Source: Candidatus Omnitrophota bacterium
GTDB taxonomy: Bacteria; Omnitrophota; Gorgyraeia; Pluralincolimonadales; Pluralincolimonadaceae
Length of the DNA stretch: 64,000 nucleotides
Reading direction: 5' to 3'
Assembly: GCA_041653595.1 (NCBI GenBank)
Contig: JBAZFB010000006.1
Coordinates: forward strand, 17,503 to 81,502
The notes under the pieces were generated by a model. The model saw only the letters and a program-made list of their open reading frames with translations, had not been told where the DNA came from and did no database searches. The position numbers and the translations under genes are program-made. Positions 56,827 to 64,000 of the stretch are shown in pieces. Position 1 is the first letter of the stretch. The number at the start of each line of letters is the position of its first letter.

Positions 56827-57687
56827 TTACGCGTATTCTTTTAAGATGCCTGTTATGTCGATATCATCTATCTTCTCTTCGACCAAAGGCGGACGCTTAT
56901 TTAATCCGCTCTTTTCCTCGTAGCTCGCCTTCTCGGCCTTATAAATTATCCCTATGGGGATCCTGTCGCCCCATTCCGAAGCCTTTTGGAGCGCGGCAAC
57001 ATAATTTCCGGGATCATATGCGGGATCGTCGTTTGCTTTGTATATCCTCTTTGAATACCATTCGTAAGTGTTCTTCTTGTTGAACGAAACGCACGGCTGC
57101 AGGACCTCGACGAGAGAGAACCCCTTGTGTTCTATCCCTTCGAGAATCAGCCACGAGAGATGCTCCATATCTGCGGAATAACCCCGCGCCACAAAACCCG
57201 CGCCGAGGACTATCGCCATCTCCAGCGCGCGGATAGGCTCTGAGATGACGCCTTGCGTCTGGACTTTCGTTACATACCCCTCATCGGTCGAGGGCGAGGC
57301 CTGGCCTTTCGTCAGCGCGTAGATCTGGTTATTATGGACTATCACGGTAATATCCGTATTGCGCCTGATGTTGTGTATGAAATGGTTGCCGCCTTCACCG
57401 TAACAGTCGCCGTCGCCTGTGGTGACGAGGACGGTCAATTCGCGGTTGGCGATCTTGACCGCGGACGCGTATGAGAGAGACCTGCCGTGGAGCCCGTTTA
57501 TGCAGTTGCATTTTATATAGTGGGGCAATTTCGCGGCCTGGCCTATCCCCGAGGCGATGACTATATCCTTGGGCTTCCGCCCCAGTTTTACGAGCGCCGC
57601 TTTCAATGCGTTGAGGATGCCGAAGTCCCCGCACCCAGGGCACCATGCTATCGGATCGTTGCTTATGAAATCTTTAACGTCTGCCAT
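56827..57687 (-). CDS. 2-oxoacid:ferredoxin oxidoreductase beta subunit (TPP-binding)
   Basis: CPGCGDFGIL and GDGDCYGEGGNHF motifs. Confidence 0.85.
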   Translation of the reverse strand: MADVKDFISNDPIAWCPGCGDFGILNALKAALVKLGRKPKDIVIASGIGQAAKLPHYIKCNCINGLHGRSLSYASAVKIANRELTVLVTTGDGDCYGEGGNHFIHNIRRNTDITVIVHNNQIYALTKGQASPSTDEGYVTKVQTQGVISEPIRALEMAIVLGAGFVARGYSADMEHLSWLILEGIEHKGFSLVEVLQPCVSFNKKNTYEWYSKRIYKANDDPAYDPGNYVAALQKASEWGDRIPIGIIYKAEKASYEEKSGLNKRPPLVEEKIDDIDITGILKEYA

Positions 57688-59401
57688 TGTTCACCGCCTC
57701 GGAGGCCTTTTCTTTCAGGAAGTCCGCGTTAAAAGGCCTGCCGTCATATTTTAATATGGAACCGTCGACTTCGATGCCGGTCGAGCGCCGGATGAGTTTC
57801 GCCAGTTGGGCCCCGGCATTGTTTTCAACGGTAACGGCCTTTTTTGCCCGCTTCAATAATCCGGCTATATGATCCGAGGGGAACGGCCATACCTGGGATA
57901 GGTGTATAAAACCCAGCTTCTTCCCTTGCGTCGCTTCGCAGGCCTCCTTCATAACCCCGTAGGTCGAACCAAAACCTACCAAAACCATGTCGGCGCCGCT
58001 CAGGTTATAAGCCGTCGGCTCCTCGACCTCGCGCGAGAGAAGCGCCATCTTCTTATAGAACCGCTTATCGACCATCGACATCCTGATCTTCCCGTCTTCG
58101 GTGATATGCCCTTCTTCGGTATGCTCGTCGCTATCGGCGTAAATTACATCCTCGATCCACGAGGGCACGGCCATAGGCGATACGCCTGTTTCGGTGAGCT
58201 GATAACGCTTATACCCGGTGACCTTCTTCGAATCCTCTTTTGATATTATGTGGCGCTCTACCTTCGCCTTATCCATATCGAACGGGTCAATGTCGCGGGA
58301 GGAATCGGCCAGATGCTGGTCTGTCATTATCAGGACCGGTATCTGGTACTTTTCCGCGAGATTAAATGCTTTTACCGTAAGGTAGAACGCCTCTTCGACC
58401 GTCCCGGGGGCAAATACCGCCCTCGCGAATTCGCCGTGGCCCGCATGTATAAGAAAATCCAGGTCAGCCTGTTCGGTGCGGGTCGGGAATCCTGTCGCCG
58501 GGGCCGGCCTCTGAGCATCCACCGCGACGATAGGCGTCTCGAGCATCCCGGCAAGGCTTAACCCCTCGACCATCAGGGCGAATCCGCCGCCGGATGTGGC
58601 GCACATCGACCGAACGCCCGCAAAAGACGCCCCTATTATCATATTTATCGCGGCGATCTCATCCTCGGCCTGTTCGACGATGATATTGAAATCCTTCGCG
58701 TAGCGGCTCAGGTTCTCCATTATGCTCGTCGAGGGCGACATCGGATACGCGGAATAAAATTTGCATCCTCCCCTGATCGCGCCCAGGGTTATCGCCTCAT
58801 TGCCGTTCATCAAAAGGTTTCCGGCCGCCGCGCCTTCCTTGACGGCGAAGGCGTCGGATCGGAAATATTTCGCCGAGAAATCATATCCCAGTTTCGCCGC
58901 GGCTATATTTATCTTTATGACATCCGCGGGCTTATCCGCGAATATCTCCTTTAACGCCTCCTCCACGAGACGGAAGCTGATCTTTGTGATCCCGGCCGCC
59001 ACGCCGCACGCCGCGGAATTCGCGAAGAGCTCGCTTCCTCCTGCTTTTTTGGCCATATCATAAAAAGGCGCGTCGAAAAAACCCGGGCCTGTTTCCTCGG
59101 TGCCGAATTTCTGCCTGTCGGTTATCATAATGCCTTTTTCCGCCATATCCGGCTTATGTATGCTTATGCTTCCCTTATCCAGGCAGACGGTGATATCGCT
59201 TTTCCCTTTTAGCGTAAAGACGGGCCTCTCCGAGACCCGCAACTGCGAAAAATTATTCCCGCCGCGGATGCGCGACATAAAGTCCTGGTTCATGAATATA
59301 TGCAGCCCGGCTTTTTTGAAGACTTTCGCCAGCGCCGTGCTTATAGCCTGCATCCCCTGGCCCGCTTCTCCGGAGATCTTTATCGTCAATTCATCCCGCA
59401 A
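57674..59401 (-). CDS. 2-oxoacid:ferredoxin oxidoreductase fused gamma-alpha subunit
   Basis: N-terminal gamma-like domain (ISGEAGQGMQ) followed by the alpha domain. 575 aa. Overlaps the beta gene. Confidence 0.85.
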   Translation of the reverse strand: MRDELTIKISGEAGQGMQAISTALAKVFKKAGLHIFMNQDFMSRIRGGNNFSQLRVSERPVFTLKGKSDITVCLDKGSISIHKPDMAEKGIMITDRQKFGTEETGPGFFDAPFYDMAKKAGGSELFANSAACGVAAGITKISFRLVEEALKEIFADKPADVIKINIAAAKLGYDFSAKYFRSDAFAVKEGAAAGNLLMNGNEAITLGAIRGGCKFYSAYPMSPSTSIMENLSRYAKDFNIIVEQAEDEIAAINMIIGASFAGVRSMCATSGGGFALMVEGLSLAGMLETPIVAVDAQRPAPATGFPTRTEQADLDFLIHAGHGEFARAVFAPGTVEEAFYLTVKAFNLAEKYQIPVLIMTDQHLADSSRDIDPFDMDKAKVERHIISKEDSKKVTGYKRYQLTETGVSPMAVPSWIEDVIYADSDEHTEEGHITEDGKIRMSMVDKRFYKKMALLSREVEEPTAYNLSGADMVLVGFGSTYGVMKEACEATQGKKLGFIHLSQVWPFPSDHIAGLLKRAKKAVTVENNAGAQLAKLIRRSTGIEVDGSILKYDGRPFNADFLKEKASEAVNNGRR

Positions 59402-59417
59402 TGGACCTTCTCCTTAG

Positions 59418-60041
59418 TCAGAATTTTGCGGCCGTTATCCTGGCGGCCTGCTGCGCTTCGTTTATCTTCTGTTTCTGCAGCTCGGGCCCCATATCCATAG
59501 GCTGGGCGACGACAAACGTGATATCCGTGATGCCGCATAACCCGAATATTCTACGGAGATAGGGCTCCTGGAAATCGGCGGCGCGCATCTCCTTGGAGCT
59601 GTAATCGCCTCCCCTGCTGGCGACAACAACCATCTTTTTGTTCTTCACCAGCCCCTCGGCGCCGGTCGCCGTATAACGGAAGAGGTACTTCGGCTGGACT
59701 ATGACATCGATATAATGCTTGAGCGTGTACGGGACGCTGAAATTCCACATCGGCGTGCTTATCAGGTAGCCGTCCGCCGACATAAACCTCTCGATATGCC
59801 TGACTATCTCTTCCCAGGCCTCCTTCAGGTCGCCGGTGAGGTCCTTGCCCGACAAAAGGACATATTTACCGTCTACCCTCTTTAATGTAAGCGAGGGAAG
59901 GTCCTCCTTCGAAAGGTCCAGTTCCTCCACCGTCCAGTCGGGATGGCCTGTCTTGAAGGCCTCAAGGAAGGCGCCGGATACCGCCAATGTCCTGGATTCT
60001 TCCCCTCTCGGCGTGGCTATTATGTGCAGTAATTTTTTCAT
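59418..60041 (-). CDS. azoR: FMN-dependent NADH-azoreductase / flavodoxin-like quinone reductase
   Basis: MKKLLHIIATPRGEESRT N-terminus typical of AzoR/ACP phosphodiesterase-like flavoproteins. Confidence 0.75.
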   Translation of the reverse strand: MKKLLHIIATPRGEESRTLAVSGAFLEAFKTGHPDWTVEELDLSKEDLPSLTLKRVDGKYVLLSGKDLTGDLKEAWEEIVRHIERFMSADGYLISTPMWNFSVPYTLKHYIDVIVQPKYLFRYTATGAEGLVKNKKMVVVASRGGDYSSKEMRAADFQEPYLRRIFGLCGITDITFVVAQPMDMGPELQKQKINEAQQAARITAAKF

Positions 60042-60058
60042 TTTGCTCCTTTCCGGTA

Positions 60059-60472
60059 TTATTTTTTTATGACCCTGAATGAGCTGTAACTATAATCGCT
60101 TTTTTTGCCGCCCAGGAATACCTGCCTCAAACTCCATGTATAGACCCGGCCTTCACTGAATGTAGCAGCCGGGATTTTTGCGGGACTGGTGGAGATATTG
60201 TGTTTCATTATAAACCCTGTGACCGTGGTGTCGTAACCGTTATACAACCTTAACTCGTAATGGTCGGTCTCGGCAATATCGGTCGTCTCCCACCGGAAGA
60301 CAAGGATATCTTTTCCCTCAAGGTTGATGTCGTTTGTCGTCGGATAAAGGAGCGTCGGAGGGACGGACCGGCCGGATCTTAAAAAAAATTTGGGCATTGC
60401 ATAGGAATACGGCGAAAAGCAAGCGAGGCATAACAGCAGAGCTAAACTCGTAAATAACCTCATGGGCCTCAT
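60059..60472 (-). CDS. small secreted hypothetical protein, probably leaderless mRNA
   Basis: Signal peptide (MRPMRLFTSLALLLCLACFSPYSYA). The promoter C -10 ends 7 nt upstream of the ATG. Confidence 0.45.
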   Translation of the reverse strand: MRPMRLFTSLALLLCLACFSPYSYAMPKFFLRSGRSVPPTLLYPTTNDINLEGKDILVFRWETTDIAETDHYELRLYNGYDTTVTGFIMKHNISTSPAKIPAATFSEGRVYTWSLRQVFLGGKKSDYSYSSFRVIKK

Positions 60473-60474
60473 AA

Positions 60475-60545
60475 AATAATTATAAGGGATGGCGGAGATA
60501 TGTAAATTGCCGCATTCCGCTTTTTATTGACTTTTTTCTACCTTA
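60475..60545 (-). promoter_or_regulatory. promoter cassette copy C
   Basis: Minus strand: TTTACA (60506..60501), 16 nt, TATAAT (60484..60479). Upstream block GTAGAAAAAAGTCAATAAAAAGCGGAAT. Confidence 0.55.
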
Positions 60546-60571
60546 CGGGCTGCGGCGGGAGGGAATCCTAT

Positions 60572-60997
60572 TTATCTATCGGCCTCTCTTTCGCTTATCG
60601 CCCCTATGCTCAACCTGTTCACGCCCAGTTCGTTCAAGACGTCGAGGACGCTGACCACATCCTTGAACGGCGTCAGCCTGTCCGAATGGACGACGACGCT
60701 TATATCCGGGGTCTTCCTGTGCAGGGCGTCTATCTTCGCCCTCAATTCCTTTTTCGTCACCCGGTCCTGGTCGACATAGGTCGAGCCGTCCTTCATTATG
60801 CTGACATATACCTGCGCCTTCTTCGGCGCCTCGAGGGGCTGTCCGCTCTTGGCCTCGGGAAGCTTTATATCAAGGCTCGTCTGGGATATCAGCGGGGTCG
60901 CTATCATGAATATGACCAGCAGGACGAGGATAACGTCGGTGAAGGGCGTTATATTTATCTCCGCGACCAGCCTTTGCCTTCTGGATTCTCTTTTCAT
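60572..60997 (-). CDS. exbD: biopolymer transport protein ExbD/TolR
   Basis: Single TM (INITPFTDVILVLLVIFMIATPLI) plus a periplasmic domain. Start taken at MKRESRR to give a 4-nt overlap with exbB. Confidence 0.8.
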   Translation of the reverse strand: MKRESRRQRLVAEINITPFTDVILVLLVIFMIATPLISQTSLDIKLPEAKSGQPLEAPKKAQVYVSIMKDGSTYVDQDRVTKKELRAKIDALHRKTPDISVVVHSDRLTPFKDVVSVLDVLNELGVNRLSIGAISEREADR

Positions 60998-61614
60998 CTG
61001 TGTTTGGTGGCGATCAGGTCCATGGTTTCGGAAACGCACAATTCCATATCTACGACGAACTTATCTATCCTCTTGATGAAATAATTATACGCGATGACTG
61101 CCGGGACGGCGACGCAGAGGCCGGCCGCGGTGCATATCAGCGCCTCGGCTATGCCGTTAATGACGACGTTTATCCCGCCGGAACCGGCGCTCTGGGCGAT
61201 ATCGTGGAAAGCCCTTATTATGCCCAGGACGGTCCCGAAGAGGCCGATATAAACGGCGGTGCTTGCGATCGTGCCGACCACGCTGGTATATTGCTCCAAT
61301 TTGGTGGTCTCTATCGTCACTTCCCTCTCCATCGCGTTTGATATCACGGACTCATTGTGGCCGAAGAGCTTCAGTCCGGCATGGACGACGCCGGAGAAAG
61401 GCGTCTTGGTGTTTTCGCAGATATCCAGAGCGTTCATGAGGCGGTCCCTCTTCAATTCCGCGCTTATCTCATCCATAAAGTCCCTTCTCTTCACCCTGGA
61501 CCTGCTTTTGTAATAAAAACACCTCTCTATTATTATCGCGAGCGACAAGATAGAGCAGCCGACAAGGATTAATATGACAAAACCTCCGCCGATGACCCCC
61601 TGGAACAATGACAT
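60994..61614 (-). CDS. exbB: MotA/TolQ/ExbB proton-channel protein
   Basis: 3 TM helices. Conserved C-terminal TM2-TM3 region (GLFGTVLGII..F). Confidence 0.8.
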   Translation of the reverse strand: MSLFQGVIGGGFVILILVGCSILSLAIIIERCFYYKSRSRVKRRDFMDEISAELKRDRLMNALDICENTKTPFSGVVHAGLKLFGHNESVISNAMEREVTIETTKLEQYTSVVGTIASTAVYIGLFGTVLGIIRAFHDIAQSAGSGGINVVINGIAEALICTAAGLCVAVPAVIAYNYFIKRIDKFVVDMELCVSETMDLIATKHR

Positions 61615-61667
61615 AAAAGTTGCCTCCTTAATATTCCTATTTTATTGGATTTCGAACTCGAATATCT

Positions 61668-62447
61668 TTAATCCAACAGCATCTCTTTAAACGGCTCCGG
61701 GGATATCGAGACCGAGCCGGTGAAAGGGAAATCCAGCTCCATGATAGTGAACAGGATCAACGATATCATCGCCGAAAGTATAATTACCATTATGATCTGG
61801 GCTTTTATGCTTTCCGCGCCGAATAAAAATGTAAAGGAGATGGTGCCGAGCGCCCCTCCTATCAGGACAAACCATAGCAAGGATTGGATCCCGGACCTCG
61901 AATCCATCAGCCGTTGCCTCCTTAATTCCCGGAACGAATTCAATTTCCTGACCGATTCATCGAAAAACGATTGCTCTGTAGAGGTCTTCGGCTGGTAAGA
62001 AGTATAAAGCGTCCAGATCTGCCGCATTATCTTTTCCACCCTGGGGCTCATCTCCCCCTTCCGCATCGACTTCCATTCGTCGTCGACCACAGCCTGCCGG
62101 TATTCCCGGAGTAGATCGCCCACCTTCTGCCTGAAACCCGGGGAAAAGGCCTCTGCGTCCCTGTAAATGTCGGCCATGTAATTAGCTTCCATCTCCACAT
62201 TGCAGTTCGATTTGTCATAATTCTGCCAGACGGTTACCACGACAAACGCTATAAGCACGGCATAAACGGCGCCGACCGCGCCGAGGATCGGGTCGGCTAC
62301 GTCATGATGGGTCCTTAACCTGCTATGCGGCACGAAACGGCGGACTATCAGCAGCCCCACTATTGAAAATAAAGTAAATCCCCCTATTACGAACGGGCCT
62401 AAAAGCCAAGCCGGGAACCAGAACATTACTTTTTGTATCGTAGGCAC
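61668..62447 (-). CDS. membrane protein (DUF4239-like topology), unknown function
   Basis: 259 aa. TM pairs at both ends with a soluble central region. Confidence 0.35.
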   Translation of the reverse strand: MPTIQKVMFWFPAWLLGPFVIGGFTLFSIVGLLIVRRFVPHSRLRTHHDVADPILGAVGAVYAVLIAFVVVTVWQNYDKSNCNVEMEANYMADIYRDAEAFSPGFRQKVGDLLREYRQAVVDDEWKSMRKGEMSPRVEKIMRQIWTLYTSYQPKTSTEQSFFDESVRKLNSFRELRRQRLMDSRSGIQSLLWFVLIGGALGTISFTFLFGAESIKAQIIMVIILSAMISLILFTIMELDFPFTGSVSISPEPFKEMLLD

Positions 62448-62460
62448 TTCTACCCCTTTT

Positions 62461-63372
62461 TTAAAAGCTCCGGTAATAATTATACGTCAATAACGCGATA
62501 TCCGAAATAAGTTTCTTCGCGGGCATCGCGAACCTGTTCTCGTGCTTGACCAGGACGCATATCAGGAAATCGCCGTTATCGGTGAATACGATCCCCACAT
62601 CGTGGCAGATATGCCTTTCCAGGCCCGTCTTATGGGCGATCGACGTACCGTCCCTGGGAAGCTTCCTGGGGATCCTGTCGTTTATCTTCTGCTGTCCCAG
62701 TAACTCGAGGCATTTGCCGGATATCTCATCGCTTAAGAATTCCTTACGATACAATTCCTCCAGGAGGCCGGCCATATCCGCCGCGGTCGTATAGTTCTCC
62801 TCACCCGCCCTCCTCTCCTTGAAATCCATCATCTTGCGCGCCAAATTGGTGTCCCTTAAGCCCATCTTCCTGAAATACGAGTTCAAGGTGTCGAACCCCA
62901 TGAAATCGATAATGACGTTCGCGGCGGCGTTATCGCTCTGCGTTATCATAGGATGGAACAACTCCTCTACGGTAAAGACCGAGCCGACCGGCTTGTTGCC
63001 CAACACCTTAGAACCGCTTACCCTATCGGCGTAGCTGAGCCTCACAGGGTCGTTTAAATGTATCTTCCCGTCCTGCGCGGCGTAAAAACAGGAGAGCATG
63101 ATGGGTATCTTGACCAGGCTCGCGGAGGGTATGGGGGTATTTTTGTTGAGGTCGATCTCACGGCCTGTATCCAGGTCCTTTATCACAAGGCCGACCGTGC
63201 CTTTGAAATGCGCGACTTTATTCTTCAGGTCCCTCTTTAGCCCCGCCCATGCCTTCTCCCTGGCCCTTGAGGATACACTCTCCGGGGAACCGGCATAATT
63301 CCTGTACGCGATAAATAGACCTGCGCCCAGGAAGATAAAAGCGGCGGCTATCAATACCGTCTTCGTCTTCAT
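62461..63372 (-). CDS. class A beta-lactamase-family serine hydrolase
   Basis: Signal peptide beginning at MKTKTVLIAAAFIFLGAG. Motifs SLVK (SxxK), SDN and KTG in canonical order. Confidence 0.65.
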   Translation of the reverse strand: MKTKTVLIAAAFIFLGAGLFIAYRNYAGSPESVSSRAREKAWAGLKRDLKNKVAHFKGTVGLVIKDLDTGREIDLNKNTPIPSASLVKIPIMLSCFYAAQDGKIHLNDPVRLSYADRVSGSKVLGNKPVGSVFTVEELFHPMITQSDNAAANVIIDFMGFDTLNSYFRKMGLRDTNLARKMMDFKERRAGEENYTTAADMAGLLEELYRKEFLSDEISGKCLELLGQQKINDRIPRKLPRDGTSIAHKTGLERHICHDVGIVFTDNGDFLICVLVKHENRFAMPAKKLISDIALLTYNYYRSF

Positions 63373-63428
63373 GTTTGATATTATAGAGGATAATGCCTTG
63401 TTATGACAAGGACTTTGATGGCCCGGTG

Positions 63429-64000
63429 TCAAAAGGTGAGGTATTGGCCGGCCTTGACGAGGAGTTTGCTGCGCCTTCCCAGGTTTTCGATAGAACTGAT
63501 CCTCGCCCCGCTCTCCCGCAATGAAAGTATCTTCTCGACCATCACGTGTCCCAGTCCGGGAACGCGCAGCAGCCGGTCCTTGTCATCTTTATTTACATAT
63601 ACGGGAAAAAATTCGGGATGAGACTTCGCCCACATCTCTTTCGGGTCCGTCCCCAGGGAGAGGTTGCCGTCCCGGTCGAGAGGGATCTCGTCCGCCCTGA
63701 AGCCGTACTTGCGGATGAGCCAATCCGTCTGGTAAAGGCGGTGCTCCCTCGCCAAAAGGTCGCTATTGGTGAGGTCCGAACGTTCGCCGGGGAGTTCCGG
63801 CGAACCCGCGCCGCGCTGGTAAGCGCTGAAATAGACGCGGCTGAGGCCCAACTCCCTGTACAGTTTCCAGGAATAGCCGATGATCTCCTTGTCGGTCTCC
63901 CCGGAAGCTCCGACGACAAATTGGGTGGTCTGCTTGATCCCCGCATAAGGAGAACCTTTCGCTGTGAGGCGGCTTATCAATTCTATCGGCCGTATGATGT
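63429..64000 (-). CDS. HhH-motif protein, 5'-partial (continues beyond window end)
   Basis: The ORF is open to the window edge. C-terminal helix-hairpin-helix LLRVPGLGHVMVEKIL. Resembles the C-terminal part of HhH-containing DNA repair/modification proteins. Confidence 0.35.
   Translation of the reverse strand, partial: IIRPIELISRLTAKGSPYAGIKQTTQFVVGASGETDKEIIGYSWKLYRELGLSRVYFSAYQRGAGSPELPGERSDLTNSDLLAREHRLYQTDWLIRKYGFRADEIPLDRDGNLSLGTDPKEMWAKSHPEFFPVYVNKDDKDRLLRVPGLGHVMVEKILSLRESGARISSIENLGRRSKLLVKAGQYLTF

Noticed and set aside
60527-61084. 185-aa plus-strand ORF spanning the exbD gene and promoter cassette C
   Set aside because: Antisense to a well-supported ExbD. The translation is rich in Arg/Leu/Tyr/Gln typical of antisense frames.
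1-64000. Searched intergenic regions for tRNA, rRNA, CRISPR arrays, transposase or integrase genes
   Set aside because: Intergenic gaps are all under 200 nt. No cloverleaf-like T-arm motifs, no arrays of 25-40-nt repeats, and no DDE/tyrosine-recombinase-like ORFs were recognised. The AT-rich island therefore lacks an identifiable mobility gene in this window.

Overview
This 64 kb window comes from a moderately GC-rich, diderm, apparently anaerobic bacterium; I cannot identify the taxon from sequence alone. Nearly all genes lie on the minus strand. Content in order: (i) 1-2 kb: a partial hypothetical gene, a polytopic membrane protein and a small secreted EF-hand protein. (ii) 2.0-20.9 kb: a complete PEP-CTERM/exosortase exopolysaccharide locus. 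Exosortase plus EpsI sit on the plus strand, convergent with a PEP-CTERM substrate gene; upstream lies a visibly AT-richer glycan cassette (three GT4 genes, a radical-SAM/SPASM enzyme, a clan GH-A hydrolase, Wzy-like ligase/polymerase, Wzx flippase, GT2, ATP-grasp, GNAT-like). This is followed by higher-GC core export genes: a PCP/BY-kinase-like protein, Wza/EpsE, a priming phosphoglycosyltransferase and an EpsL-like OM beta-barrel. (iii) 21-27 kb: an AbrB-family regulator leading a TolC-HlyD-MacB-MFS efflux operon, with an elaborate operator. (iv) 27-29.4 kb: a Met/Cys-rich small membrane protein and an Rrf2(NsrR-like)-hcp pair. (v) 29.5-34.7 kb: small lipoprotein and hypothetical genes, then an AT-rich two-gene island encoding a 1111-aa secreted protein with a C-terminal lipase-type alpha/beta-hydrolase domain plus a secreted partner. 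(vi) 34.7-43.8 kb: an HndABCD-type [FeFe]-hydrogenase operon with a TM1266-like regulator and the HydF/HydG/HydE maturases. (vii) 43.8-52 kb: a TPR protein, CcdA, LOG, pgi, OmpA-LysM, a DRE-TIM lyase and an HD-GYP phosphodiesterase. (viii) 52-55.3 kb: a polyprenyl-phosphate GT2, a GT87/DUF2029-like GT-C enzyme and an epimerase. (ix) 55.3-64 kb: a ferredoxin, response regulators (one frameshifted), 2-oxoacid:ferredoxin oxidoreductase, azoreductase, ExbBD, a beta-lactamase-like hydrolase and a partial HhH protein. No rRNA, tRNA, CRISPR array or transposase was recognised. A ~60-nt promoter cassette recurs three times. Several ORF-track start codons look too far upstream given promoter positions.
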